The notes below the pieces were generated by a model. That model saw only the letters and a list, made by a program, of their open reading frames with translations. It ran no database searches and was not told where the DNA came from. The position numbers and the translations under genes are program-made. A stretch of DNA of 64,000 nucleotides, from NCBI GenBank assembly GCA_964016885.1, contig OZ024742.1, positions 152,644,001-152,708,000 of the forward strand. Direction: 5' to 3'. The first letter of the stretch is position 1; each line of letters starts with the position of its first letter. Below are positions 1 to 13,878 of this stretch, in pieces. This DNA is from Eledone cirrhosa (lineage: Eukaryota).

Positions 1-515
1 CACACACACACACAGTAACATTCACCAAACAGGCAGAGAATGGACTAACAGCTAGCGCCACCCCACTCCCACAATTGAAAGAACTACTTCGGCCGCTGAC
101 CTCTGCTTGACCGACCCTATTTCACGCGCACACGCGCTCTGTTGAATACCTCAGATATTCAAAACAACGAACAGCGGAGGACACGTTTCTCACCTTTCCG
201 ACAGCCCCCCCCCCCCCCCCCCCCGGAAAAAACCCCAGTTGATGGATGTGAATCCGAAATATATAGGGACAATTAAATCTCTCCCAAGGTAACTCTTTCT
301 CGTGTTGTTATTTTTATTTTTATCCTTTACGCTCTTTGCTTCATTCCTCTACACGTCTTATACACGCACGCGTCTCAACGTACATCCATTTACATCTCTC
401 TCTCCACCACCGGACCTTGTTACCGGAGATTTACCCATCTTCATTGTCGAGGCTTCCAAACGACTTAAACAATTACCTTATTATTCCACAATGCTTCAAG
501 AAAACTTTAATACCC

Positions 516-600
<85 letters not shown>

Positions 601-603
<3 letters not shown>

Positions 604-990
604 TGGTAACATGTAACCCAGTACAACAAGTCTCATTGCCGGGTCGTCGGTGACTAAACCGGCAACTCTACCAAGCTAGGTTGGAGGGTTAGATTTGGAC
701 AACCTGCGGCATCAATTACAGAACTCGGGTAAAGGCAGGGGAACTCAGCAGCAGAGTCAACAGCCATCGAAATAGTAATTTTTTCTTTTTCACCTGTGAG
801 TGAAGGACCCCTCAGCTGGTGTTCCAAACTGTTCTAGGAGAGGGAAACTCTGAAAAAAAACCTGCGGCTTCGGATGCATCCGATGGTGTTGACCAGTTCT
901 CCTTTTCGGGTAGTGTTTTCGACTCTCAGACAGTGGGATTGATCGAATGCAAGGCCTTTCCCCACTTAAAAAACCCAAACCGTCAAAGCA
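601..990 (+). repeat. Dispersed repeat resembling an RTE-type LINE 5' region (related copies 9200-9600 +, 30740-30930 -)
   Basis: Shared blocks ctggtaacatgtaNcccagtacaac and ttctaggagaRggaaaactctga between 601-990 and 9200-9600; the reverse complement of the second block is at ~30875-30900. The RTE assignment is from memory of the motif. Confidence 0.45.
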
Positions 991-1479
991 CAGGCACTGT
1001 TTGTTTAGGATATGCTATATGTACGTGTAGCTGGCGGTAGCCTAAAAGTGCACCAAACTCTATAGTCTGACAAGCGATTGCAATACTCCTAGCAGAGTTT
1101 TACGCCATCATATATATATAGATATAATGAATTTCAGCTCAGCTTCCACAAATGGTATGTTGGTGAGACCGACATTAATGGAACATTCCCTTCCTGAAGT
1201 TAAAACAGAAAGATCGAATCGCAAAACCATATGCCTGCTTCACAAGATTTCTAACCACAAAGCAAGGATTTGAACCAACTGCATATGAAAACAATTAAGT
1301 TAAGGTACGATGCAGTAGTCTGATTAACAATTACTATAATTCACATTTACCTGTTTGATCCGTATTTACTCACCTTGTTGAATAATATCCCAATGCAGTC
1401 CAAAGGTGATTAGATTGTTATGAGTATGAACGAGCAGCTTTGATCGCAGAATTTGATGGTTCCATTTGATGAAACTCGA

Positions 1480-1556
<77 letters not shown>
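1480..1556. repeat. (CTA)n microsatellite
   Basis: Read directly. Confidence 0.95.
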
Positions 1557-2199
1557 TAATTATTATGAGTCACGTATGGTTATATGAGTTGCAGTTTGAA
1601 CTGCTAAATCTAGTGGCCAAATGATCTTAAATTAAGACTATATGTGTAACATAGTTGCCGTTGGACTATCTCTGAAAATGGGACGATATGAATGAGACTA
1701 AAATATCATCGATTATACGTCCACTCGTCTAAGACTCTTATTACTGAAGTAACAATAACAGCATGCGTAATCTATATATATAAAACAGAGGATGTATGTG
1801 TGTCTGTTTCCCTAAAACTAGAAAAGTACCCAACGGTTGTTTTTCAAACTTTACACGTGTAATAAATATGACCCCGGAAGTGTTTTGAGCAAATAACATT
1901 TCAAATTATTCTGTCCTAGGGATCGAATTAGTGAAGTGACCAATGTCTCTACATAATGAGGGAGTGAGAGGGAAGAGAAAGAAACGGAGAGGCGAAGTGA
2001 CGTAGTGGCTTTTTTCTCCTCTTCTTCCTTCTCACATTCGTCACAGCGTTTTTCGATAGAATGTAAATTACAAAGAGAGAGAGAGAGTGAGAGTGAAATA
2101 AAGAGACAGACTACAAGAGGGGGATAGCGGGAGGGAGAGAGAGAGAGTGAAAGACGCTGTCTTTTGATACTGTCAAATATACATGACGTATAACTATTA

Positions 2200-2238
<39 letters not shown>

Positions 2239-2352
2239 CCAATAAGAGTAAAATCTATTAACATATGAGTGTGTGTATGTGCACATATGCGTGTGTGAGT
2301 TTGCCATATGTATATGTGTCTGTATCTGTATACACGTGTATATATATAATAT

Positions 2353-2442
2353 TTTCTACTTTTGGCACAAGGCCATCAATTACCCAGTACAAAGTACCAG
2401 TAATGTACTGGGTAATTGATGGCCTTGTGCCAAAAGTAGAAA
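2353..2442. repeat. Perfect ~39-bp-arm hairpin built from two inverted SINE 3' tails
   Basis: tttctacttttggcacaaggccatcaattacccagtaca (2353-2391) and its reverse complement (2404-2442); the sequence matches the tail of the SINE at 7785-7972. Confidence 0.9.
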
Positions 2443-2696
2443 CAATTATTATTATATATATTCTTATACATGTGTATATGTAGTCTGCTTCCCTTATGAG
2501 TTAGCGATCTCTTTCTCTTTCTCTTAGTCTTTCTCTTTTTAGATAGATACATAGATATGACGTCGCGCCTTCATAATATCTGTCCGTATGCCTGACTGTC
2601 GCATTACGTCATTATGACGCGATCAGTGTGTGTGTGTATATATATTCTTATGCCAGGGAACGTCTTCACGAACCAAAGTATCGTCTTCCTGTTTTC

Positions 2697-2946
2697 CAGA
2701 TTGATTTTTTTAGTTTAAGAAGATCCCGTTAAGGTTGAAAGCAGCGATTCTTTGCTTAAACATTAATATGTTATTTAAATATAGATATTCGTGTACAGAT
2801 ATTTTTGCATACATAAAAACAAAATATAAACAAACAAGGCCAAAGATTACATCAATTAGTCTTAGTGTATGTACTTCATACTGCTTTTAGGTAGAATATC
2901 CCGTTAAGGGTGAAAGCAGTGATTCTTTGCTTAAACTTTAGTCTGT
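2697..2946 (+). ncRNA. Two tandem degenerate copies of the extended 'A4' hammerhead-like motif (~175 bp apart)
   Basis: gttt-AAGAAGA-tcccgttaaggtt-GAAA-gcagcgattctttgc-TT-aaac at 2713-2761 and a TAGAATA-core copy at ~2888-2946; homologous to 31752-31827. Confidence 0.55.
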
Positions 2947-5583
2947 TATTTTAATATATATATATATATATATATGATTATATATTTATGGACAGATATT
3001 TTTGCATACACAATAACAAAATATAAACAAACGTATTTATTTCACGAGCTTCGATAAGGATAAATATATATCAAATATATAAGAACCCTATAGCAAATTC
3101 CGAGCAACGCCGGGCCATTCTGCTAGTATTTTATAAAATGAAAATTCTGAACATCATAACTCTCAGATACAACTGTTCCTTAAGGCTGAATAAGTAAGGA
3201 AAATACATAGGTGTTATCTCTTGTTTATGTATATCTTAGATTACGTGACTATTGAAGTTACAATTTAGCACACTGGTTTTATCTGAATAAAAAGGGGGCA
3301 TTGCCCAGCTTGGGGAAAATTAGATGAAACGCCTTATTTGGAAAATTTGTAGGGGATACTTAAAGTATAATAGCTTTAAGCAATGGCAATAGGGACCCTG
3401 ATTAATCTATCAACCTGTAGTTATATTTATAGGCAATATTGGAAATATTGCAGTCTATTCTAATTTAAAATCTTCCTTCATTTTGACATGTTTATATCAA
3501 CCAATATAAAAGTAAATCTGGTCGCCATATTTACGACTGTTATAATCATATAAATGATTACCTTCATCATGGTCACTATAGCACTTGTTGTCCTGACAAC
3601 TAATATCATGGTCACAGTAAAATTGATTCTAATTATGATTGTAATAATGATTGTAGCGTTCGTGTTGGCCATAAATCTAAATGCATTAACTATAATAGGT
3701 AAACTATTTAAGCGGTAACAGAAGGATTATAATAAACTAGAGATGCCAAGATGATTGTATCCATAAGAAGGGGAACTTCCATTATGCACAAATGGAAATA
3801 TCTAAACACTTTGCACTCATTTGACATAATGTTGTTAACCCTGAAGTGTTCATATAACTAAGAAATAATGTCATCGCTCCTAACCATAGAACAATCCAAG
3901 GAAGAGTTAAATGAAAACCATCTGAATTACTTCTTAAGGCAATACATATCTATGCAAAAGTTTACTATTCTGTATCTTTAACCGATTCAGTTTGAATGGA
4001 CATATTTCAGACATTAAAGTGCGCACTGGCGCTGAATGGCTCCTTACAATATACTATATGATATGAAAACATTACAAAGGTTAGAACGCTTGATTTGATA
4101 GCTCAATTTGAAAATATTTGGTGTCATTCTCTTTCAAATACACAGTTTCAATTCATTAAATTTTACTGGGTGCTGTATGCATGGTAAAACTAATAATATA
4201 TGATATTGTAAAATTATATATCTATCAGGCTTGGAGAATTAACATATTTCTGGTGAAGTTTGCTGAAAGTTGTTATTTAAACCGAAAATGTACATATATT
4301 ATGAAACTAGTCATTAGAATCAGCTTGAAATCTTCTGTTGAGCAGATTGCATGTTAATGGTTGGTTATTGTTTCGTTGCAGGGTGTGATGCATAAGATGT
4401 ATGTATTATGCTAAAACGAAACATGAAAATATTATCTGTCGATATGATGATACGGTTGTTGTACATGAAGTAGTTTACATGTTATAAACTTCTTTAATCT
4501 GTCCAAATATTAAATTTAGTATAAGGTTTCTTGATAAAATATCTATTTGGAAACATGGAGTACCCTAGCAACAAGCATATCATTATATGTACAATGCAAT
4601 AACATTGGAAATAGTTAAGAATATATCATCTAAACTAGTAATCTCTGCTAAGATTCAAGCTAAAAGTCTGTGTTGGAAACCCTGATTTTTAGGGGTGGGG
4701 AGGAAATTGAAATAGATAATTCTTGCTCATATGTTATCCCCTCGATAGATAATCATGACAAAGTAATTATATTAAAAAAAGGATAATTTTTTGCCAGCCT
4801 TCTGGAAGGACATCTGATTACAATTAAAACTAAGTACCATCAACATTGCTATATTGAATTTAATAGTCGTATTTAGGAATTCATCTTAAACAGGATCGAA
4901 TCACAATCAAATTTGATGTTTAATATTTGTAGAAAATGAGCTGCAAATTCTACTTATCCACAGCAAACAGAAGCATGAATCTGGATTTCATTCAAAATGG
5001 GGTGAAAACCAATATAGTTTCCCACAATCAAATTAGTTCAAACTTAGGGCAACATGCAAGACAATGGTCTTTCTTACCCGAGATCTTACATTGCATTAGG
5101 TTTCAGGTTTGAGAGAAGCTGATACTGTTCCAAGACCATTGAGAATGTAGCACAATCTAGCAAACAATTCGCAACAGCCGCTGAAACTCCATATTGTATA
5201 GCACCACAATCGAAGAGGTTGTGATGCAGTTTATCTAGAGTGTTTATTCCAATAAATCTTGCAATGATGATGCAAATATTGATAGCGTGAGAATGATTTC
5301 TGCCTCAAGAAACTGTTCTAAACATTGCTTGATTGGACTTTATCTGTAGAGCCAAATCCTAATCGGGCGATACTTTAGAACAGTTACCAAAACACCTTCC
5401 ATGCAAACATATGGATTACGCCCTATGAGGAGATGATTCAACTATAGAAACTTAGGAATCATGACAGGATTGAGGACAAGAATCTAGTTCAAGTTTCCAC
5501 TGTGCATCCCTGAAAGGAAACAATCAATCGCGTACAAAACATCCCTGCTTGATGGTCTATTGGACATGAAGGTGCATGAAATC

Positions 5584-6106
5584 AAAATGGTGATGTAAAC
5601 GTTAGTACAACGGCAAAGTTACTGAATAAATATGTGTTTTCAATTGTCATTGATTAATATGTGTATATTAATATGTGTATATTAATATGTGTATATAAAT
5701 ATAAGTTTAAAACATTTTCAAATTATTATCAAAGTTTAAACTGAATGAACAAAATCATTTTTGGTTAATTAAATGAAATGGTCAGTCTAATAATAATAAT
5801 AATAATAATCGTTAAAATGATTTCAATAATAATAATAATAATTGTAATAATAATAATAATATTACAATAAAAAAAACAAAAAAAAACAGAGTTAGTGACT
5901 GCTACTAGGAGGAACCACTAACCAATACAATAAAAATATTAAAATAAACACATTTATAATAAAAATGGAGATGTAAACGTTAGTACAACGGCAAAGTTAC
6001 TGAATAAATATGTGTTTTCAATTGTCATTGATTAATATGTGTATATTAATATGTGTATATTAATATGTGTATATAAATATAAGTTTAAAACATTTTCAAA
6101 TTATTA
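5584..6106. repeat. ~145-bp near-identical direct repeat pair (5584-5728, 5962-6106)
   Basis: aaaatggWgatgtaaacgttagtacaacggcaaag...cattttcaaaattatta appears twice, period 378 bp. Confidence 0.9.
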
Positions 6107-7784
6107 GATATATACATTAAGGCATTGTCTTATTTAAATGTCTGAACTTTTGATGATTTCATTGTTTTGTCGTTATAACTCCTGTTTATACTATTACACA
6201 ATATTTGTTGTTAATACATTTGGTAATATGTAGTAGCTAAGCAACATTAAGTATCTCGAATATAACTTATTGATAAAAGATTTATTTAGTATCACAAATA
6301 AAATGCCTTTTATAGATATTGCAATTATATATAAAATTGCAGGTCCTCATGAGAAAACGAATATTATTAAATATTTTCAGTAAAGACTATCAATTTTAAC
6401 GTTCGTGTTATTTGAATTTGCCCTCTCCTCGTAAATATTCATTCTCAGGCTGATGATGAAATTTAACTCCTTATATTTAACAGGAATCAACACATGTAAT
6501 ATTTTCCTCAATTTTATATAAGTGGTTAACAGAACACCACACGAATAAACATACTCTTCGTTGATTTAATAGTAGAACGAATATTTAAACGACACAAAAG
6601 ACAACAAAGTCGTGTAAACATTGGACTCTTGCAGCCTTGTGTGAAATGGAACTAAAATCATTTCTCTATTCAGAATGAGTTGATTAGTTGCAGGGAACCT
6701 TCTCATCATCAGAAGAATAACGATAAATTTATTTATATATATATATATTATATTATATTATATTATATTATATTTACGATCTGAGTTCAAATCCCACCGA
6801 GGTTAATTTTGCCTTTTATCCTTACGCGGTCGATAAAATAAAATACCAGTAATGCACTGGAATAATTGCTGGACTTGTGCCAAAATTAGAAACAATTATA
6901 TTATGTTATATGCAGAGGCCGTACTGATACTATGGAAATAACACATTCAACAGCCGTCAAACCCGTATATATGATCGTGTGTGTATACAATAATAGGTCC
7001 TTGTGTTTGAATGGGCATCCAGCATGTAAAAACTACATTAAAAAAACATGAATAGAAACAATAAAAGATAGAGTGGATTTGTTAAATCTTGTCAAAGGCA
7101 ACTAACTTCTCTTGTGTCAATGGTATAATAAAATAAAGCCAATCCATGTATGTTAATGAGAGTCGCATCAACTGTGGAAACCTTTTAATTTGATAAACAG
7201 CTCTGATTTTTTAGTTGTTTTAATTTTCTTTCGGTTATCGAGCAAAACGTGTTATGGTGGACATCGCACACACACACATATAGATATCAATATGTGTGTG
7301 TATATCATTATTATATTGTCCAAAACTCCCCTATGGTCGAGTTAATCAGGCGTGAACTAACTGCTTTTTCTAGCAAATACGTTACTCGCTCACTGTCCAC
7401 CTTTTCCACACTTCTGTGACCACTATATCACATGTTAATTTCTCCATCGGCCTCTCGAGAATTTCGCATTTGCTATGAACGCGTCAAGCAACAGTCCTTT
7501 TTTTGATGGGTCTCTTGATAATCCCTATCAACCTCACAGCGATGATGTACTTTTATAGTGCATCAATCGGGGCAAACGGATTCGGCGAAACTGCAGTCGG
7601 GACTTTAAATAAAAAAAATAAGTATATTTTTAATTTGACAAATAGCTCTGATTATTGATTTTTTTAAATTCTTTTGCTTATTTTAACTGTTTCGGTCATC
7701 GAGCAGAACTTGTTAAGACGGATATCTCACAGAACGATATACATATGGATATGTGTGTATATATCATTATGTATATATATATAA

Positions 7785-7972
7785 GGCGGTGGATTGGCAG
7801 TATCGGTAGAGAATAAGACACCATGCTTTCCAGCATAGTTACGTCCCTCTATGGTCTGAGTTCAAATCCCGCCGAGGTTAACTTTGCCTTTCATCCTTAC
7901 GGGGTCGATAAAATAAAGTAGCAGTAATGCACTGGGTAATTACTGGCCTTGTGCCAAAAGTAGAAACAATTA
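7785..7972 (+). mobile_element. tRNA-derived SINE, family 1 (octopod-type)
   Basis: Head ggcggtggattggcagtatcggtaga, B-box-like gagttcaaatcc, body ccgaggttaactttgcctttcatcc...gtcgataaaataaagtaccag, tail gtagaaacaatt. Other copies at ~6780-6900 +, 16778-16946 -, 21478-21593 -, 22665-22875 +, 41300-41495 -. Confidence 0.85.
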
Positions 7973-8017
7973 TGTATATATATATATATGCACACATTAC
8001 TACACAGAGACACACGC

Positions 8018-8096
<79 letters not shown>

Positions 8097-8726
8097 CCAG
8101 TCTATGTGTTATGATGTCCGAACATAAATGTGTATATAAACTGAATTTGTGTATGGTAATGAATGTTGCCTCCACGATACAAAAATCACATGTTTAGAAA
8201 CTGTCAATTGGCCTACCTTGGAAATGCAATGATATTGTTATTACACGCCAGATGCCATCCATAGTTGTCACCTGAAATCACGTTTGATTGACAACTCAAA
8301 TGGAAGCTTTCATTTAGATTCGATTAAGCAAGTGTTTGTCTATCAAACAGACGCATCTGCTTGATTCTGTTTGACACACGATGCACTGATGCACACACAA
8401 ACACAAACACATGTATATACGCACACGCACATATATACATATATTTTATATATGTATATATTTATTTATGTATGTATGTATGTGTTCAGGATTTATATTC
8501 CTGTTGGTGTTTGCTTGATGAACTTTTGGTCGTGATATTATATTTGGTTTCGTAATGTTTTTTGTCCTATTTTTGGTATTATGTATATCATTTTTCCATT
8601 TCTTGTTAGCATTATTTTTAACAATCTGGGGAAATGACCTAGGTTTTTCTTTCAGGTTTAGATCGTTTTTTCGCCCAGTTTCTCGTGGGTAATCTCTGTT
8701 GAGATCTTGAGAGTGATCTGGTTATT

Positions 8727-9188
8727 CTACGGTTTTTTCCTCCCGTTCCTTGTGGGTAGTCTCTGTTGAGATCTTGAGAATGATCTCCTGGTTTTTCTAC
8801 ATCTCATGGTCTGATCAAAGGAATACCTATCGTATTTATGATTTTTGTTCATGTTGTGTGCGTTAGGGTATTTTTGTAGAAAAAGCAAAGAGTTCTTACC
8901 GTAGTTCTTCTTTGATTCAAGGTAAGGTGAGTGTTTGTGTTGCCACGTGTTCTGGCGTATGTTGTGTTGGTGAAATTGTCCACTTTTAATGCTTTTTCTC
9001 AGAGTTCCAGAGTCTTTACCGTAATTTGCAGCATATTCGTCGAGAAATAATTGTTTCTGCTGCCATAACTTTCTTGATTTGCTTTCTTCTTTTGAGATAT
9101 CTCTGATCCATAGTTCTCGTAGTTTTTCAGCTATAATACCAGTCGTTAGATTTGAAATTTCGACTTCAATTTGATCACCAGTTGACAA
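8727..9188 (-). pseudogene. Fragment of a PLE N-terminal domain
   Basis: EKLRELWIRDISKEESKSRKLW aligns with ENISKLWLEDCNKEELKSLQRW in the 53778 ORF, which lies upstream of PLE RT motifs. Confidence 0.55.
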
Positions 9189-9929
9189 TTGGTGCTACTG
9201 GTGTAACTGGTAACATGCAATTGGTGCTACTGGTAACATGTATCCCAGTACAACCTGTCCCATTGTCGGGTCGTTGGCGACTAAACTGGCAACCCCCACC
9301 AAGGTTTCTTGGTGAGGAGGGTGACTTTGGACATCGTGCAGGACTAAAAACAAAACCTGTCAAAGGGCAAAGGAGCTCTTAAGAGTCATTGGGCATCCAA
9401 AAATCACCGGGGGAGATGACCCCTTAGCTTTTGTCAAGGCAGAATTCTAGGAGAAGGAAAACTCTGATATAACACCTGCAACCCTGATGGTATCCAATGA
9501 TGTTGACTTGTTCTTCTTTTTGGTAAATATCATCTTGGTTAAGAGAGTGGGACTGGCTTTGTGCAGGGCCTTTGCCCACTATAAAAGTTTCGCGGCACAG
9601 GCATTGCTTTATATCTGGAGATCTCTCTGCACTTGTCGTCACATGGTAACATGGGCCCAGCACTATGTGTCAATAATTGTCACAAGTGTAGTGTTTGTAC
9701 CAAAGTTTTCAAGTTGCTGGCTGGACTAAAAAGTCACACTTGTTCAGCGCATCGGTAGGGGTTCTCCTACATGGATATAATGTAGTGGCCGTACTCGAAA
9801 ACGAGTTGGCAGCCACCATGTATGTGTGTATGTTATCTCTTTCTCTTAATTTTGAGTATATTTTCTTTGACCCGTCACCTTCCTGGTGGCAAAGTTGTAA
9901 AAGAAAAGAAATTGTCATCCCTTGAATCG

Positions 9930-10440
9930 CAAGAATGTTTTGCAAATTTTGAAGGTGCCAGCTGTCGCAGCCATTTGTAGACTATGAATTAGGGAGCTGC
10001 GCTTTGTCCGCAAATCCAAGTACAGTTATACATTGGTCCAAGCGGGTTGGTATATAACCCGTAGCTTCAATAATGATGGGCATGACGCTAAAGGTGTATG
10101 TTGGATACTGGATTTGTAAACTCCTCATCAATGGTCCGTAGATGTCCTCCTTCTCCTATATTTTTCAGACAACTTTTACATCAAGTGGGCAGCTGATCTC
10201 CACAACACAACACGTTTTCAATGTGTGGTCCCAAACAACAATATCAGGTCGGTTGTGCTTTAATTTGGTGGCAGTTTTTATTTTCAGGTTCCACCAGTAT
10301 TCCTTAGTGCTATCTGTCTCAATATATTCTTCCTCGTTTGTTGTTAATTTTGTTTTCCGAAGTGCGTTCCAGATGGTTCTAGCTATCCCATCGTCTCTCA
10401 TGGAGAGGTAGTAGCAAGATGACATTCTTTTGCAGCTAGC
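9930..10440 (-). mobile_element. 3' fragment of an R4/Dong-like non-LTR retrotransposon (restriction-like endonuclease)
   Basis: EYWWNLKIKTATKLKHNRPDIVVWDHTLKTCCVVEISCPLD contains the RLE PD-(D/E) motif. Confidence 0.8.
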
Positions 10441-13400
10441 AACAATGTATGTATGTATGTATGTATGTATGTATGTATGTATGTATGTATGTATGTAGGT
10501 ATGTATGTATGTATGTAGGTGTGTGTTAGCTGCATATTGGGCGTCGTTAGTAATAAAGGCAAATAGAAATTAACATGCCTATCGCTAATCATTCCAGGGC
10601 TTGGTGCTCTTTTAACCCATACCTCAGGGAGATTGAGCGTGACATAATGTGTTACAAGGCTACAGTGAGTCATGGATATACGACAGCTGTAGTGAGTAAA
10701 ATACACACTCACTTCTACTACCACACACACAAATATACATATATACCCAGATAGATATACGTTGAAGGATGTCTTAATCGTTCTGGATGTCATAGATTAG
10801 AAATACACTTGTTATTTTAATTCCTCTGCTGGAATGCAACAGATATGTATTTATTCACTCACATATTCTATGGTTTAAGTAATAGCTGTAACAAAACCCC
10901 TTTAGTATTTAAAATCATTAGCGTTATATTGTTAAGTTTAATATGTTATGTTTAAATAGCAAGTTTGATAACGTTGTATTGGCAGCTGATCGGGAATATA
11001 ACATTCGATCTTTTGTTGAGTAGGGCAAGAAAATTAACTGCTATTTGTTGATTACCATGCATAACTGCTTTTGCCTTCCATTTATTTGGCTGATCATATC
11101 CTCCGAGTGAGCAACTCTGTGCGCGCCTACTGGTCTCACATATTTCAATGATTTGAGCTGGAATGGTTTTATCAAATCGATTGCCATGTCTGCTACCCAG
11201 AAAATGATGTGTTTTATTGCACTCCCTCCATTCCAATAAGAAAAAGCTTCCGAATATATCTTGTATTTTTCCAAATCCACCATTCGTCCTTTTGTTGAGT
11301 ATTGTTGCCACACCTAGTCAGGTGCTTCTGCAGTGCAACGTGATATTCTCGATATGGTCAAAAGGAGAATAGTCACATTTTTGTGCCTGCTACCATGACA
11401 TCTTCAATGATTATTTCACTACCGACATGTTCCCTCTGTTTATCCTTACTGTAAATATTCTAAGCAGGATCTTGTGCTATGTTCTGAGTGACATAATATA
11501 TATGTAAGTTCTTGGCATGTATAACACATACTAAGGTTATTACGAAAGGCAATAAGTGACCACGTTTGTTTGGTCTCTCTCCCTATCTTCCTCTGAACAT
11601 AAAATGCGAAGTATTTGTACTAATTCCAATATGCTAGCGTCCCAGAAAATCAATTGCTTTAATTACAAGTTTTTTTAAAAGAATAATATGTATAGTGCAT
11701 CATCATAATTGGAACAAGTCTATATGTTTAATTACTTATAAATTCATTTTCAGTAAATATTTCAATATTTGGTCTGGAGTCGGTGAAGTCGGTGAAGCTG
11801 GAATACAAGTCAAAAGGATTACATGAAACATCCGATGCTCCTATTACAAGATCCGAAATTAAGTAAGAGATATCTGAGTCAAGTGTGATATTTATCAATT
11901 TGGTCTCTACACAAACACAAAAACATTAATGTACTCCTATTTTAATTAGACTTAATAATCGTTTGTTGATGGGTGTATTCTAACACACGGAACAGAATCA
12001 CAAATTTAATCATATACACAATCACAGGCATATACAGGGGTAATGCAAAAGGAACACATTTTATATTAACACATATAATAACACATACATTAACATTGAG
12101 GCGAAAAGCAACACAATGAACAACAGCAATCTAATGATATTAGCGCATATATATTTACACACATACAAACAGTGATGTAAGATGGATAAAAAAATACACA
12201 CAAAACTTCATTGATTTTATTGGCTTCAGACCTTTCTGATCACACAGGGAATATTCAATTGATTTTTCAGACTGCTTTAAATTAGTTACAGAATGTTTTT
12301 TTCCAGTGATTTGTTGATAGCACAACAACCTATAACTCATAACTTCCCATAGATACTTCACTCTATTTTTCCTTAATGGCTATTTTATCATCTACTTAAT
12401 AAAAACAAAATTGTGATAATAACGGGCCAAGTTTTGTTTCGGTCTGTGATGATTTGTTGATGAGGAAATTAAGTGAGTTTGTTTGCTTCTTCTTTCTTAA
12501 TACGTTTGTATACATTAATTTTATTCGTATTATTTGTATTACAAGTATTTCTGTTTTTGTTTATTTTATGTTCAATTTGTTGTTATCGTTATTATTGTAC
12601 ATTCTGTTGTTATTGTTGTTGTGGTTCTTATTGGTTTAATTCACTTCCGGTAAATGATGATTTGTATGTCTTTTTTTAAGCTCGCAGTAATTTGTTGTAC
12701 ACCAAAGAGCGGAAAAAATGGAGGTTTGTTTTAAAGGTAAGTTCTAAAGAAATATACATAAAAAAGCTAAATATAAATTTGTGATATAGAAACTTTACTT
12801 CATTATAAGGGCTGGTTTGAAATCAAGAACGACGGAAGCTTGTATTATAACCTTTACAAAGTGAAATGTCGTGGCAGTAGATGATGAAAGTAATGTTTAG
12901 AGGCAAATTGAAATCGATACTCTTATGTGTAAGAAGATGGCATCATTGGCACAACTGTCCCCTAAAATACAATGCATAGTTTTATGTATGTGGTTCCACG
13001 TATAATAGCGTCATACAAATTCTGGATTTTCAGCAAACGTAATATCAAATATAGCAACAACCTCTAATAATTGTAACCAATGATATCGCAATACGTCACC
13101 AATAACAGATATAAGCATCAGCAGCAAGATGTCAAATTACGTCACCAATAACAGATGTAAGCAGCAGCAGCAAGAGCAACATTCACAGACACAATAAAAC
13201 AATAACATCATGCCGAGGAGTCTATATCGCTATTCAAACTGCTAAAATAAATGCTGAAACTAGAATCTTAAGCTTTGAAGAACGCGCAAGATAAAACGAT
13301 TGTCTGGTTGTGTTTATAGCCTATTTAGTGACAGGTTTCGTCAGGCAAATTTTACCTAGATTGAAATAAAATGATAATTTCACATATCGAGATGAGGTGT

Positions 13401-13529
13401 TTACGAAGTAATGCGGTGATGTGTTTGGATCTTCTCCGATCTGTAATTTTCCTCATTGCCTTCCTATCGTATAATATGTACATGATATATCAAAGGTTTT
13501 GAGAAGATTGGTTCCAAAATTAATCTCAT

Positions 13530-13878
13530 GAAGACGAACACAACCAGCCGAGATGGCCTTCCTCCGAAGAGTCATTCGATGGAGTGCGTAGCTTGGAGAC
13601 GAGAGAGACATCCTAGGTAGAGCTTTTACTCAAATTTAAAGGTCACAGATTCGATAATCTGGATATGCAATTAGAATGTCTCAGGAAAGAATCACTCGAC
13701 AGATTTTAAGTGCAAAAACCGGGAGACGCCGAGGAAGATGGTCGGATAATATCAGCTGGAGTCAAATTGGAGCTCAAGCCGGATCAATTGGAGACGGGTA
13801 CTATTGACAAGAAGAAGAAGAAGAAGAAGAAGAAGAAGAAGAAGAAGAAGAAGAAGAAGAAGAAGAAGAAGAAGAAGA
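13530..13878 (+). mobile_element. RTE-clade LINE 3' fragment with (GAA)n tail
   Basis: Decayed 'EMAFLRRV...GYAIRMSQER' RT C-terminal region followed by (AAG)n; similar to 48990-49460. Confidence 0.65.

Larger units (their letters stand above)
1771..3126 (+). mobile_element. Non-autonomous Helitron
   Basis: 5' A|TCTATATATATAAAA at 1770/1771; 3' GC-rich hairpin-like CCGAGCAACGCCGGG (3100-3114) followed by CTAG|T at 3123-3127; insertion between A and T with no TSD, matching canonical Helitron ends. Confidence 0.8.

Noticed and set aside
233-268. ccc-CAGTTGA-t-ggat-gtga-atcc-GAAA-tata-TA-ggg hammerhead-like motif
   Set aside because: Stems fit but two core positions deviate and it is single copy; probably a dead pLTR HHR, so not counted.
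302-653. ORFs with [12 protein letters not shown], poly-S/L/V/K/F runs (here and throughout)
   Set aside because: Translations of (TA)n, (CA)n, (CTA)n and (GAA)n microsatellites; no evidence of genes.
6440-6725. CTGATGA motifs on both strands (6450 +, ~6706-6712 -)
   Set aside because: Could not build stem II, GAAA and stem I around them.
10952-11480. Coding-like minus-strand ORFs (also 3720-5600 and 42500-45700) as possible host exons
   Set aside because: No recognisable domain, frequent stops and no consistent splice structure; BLASTX or RNA-seq would be needed.
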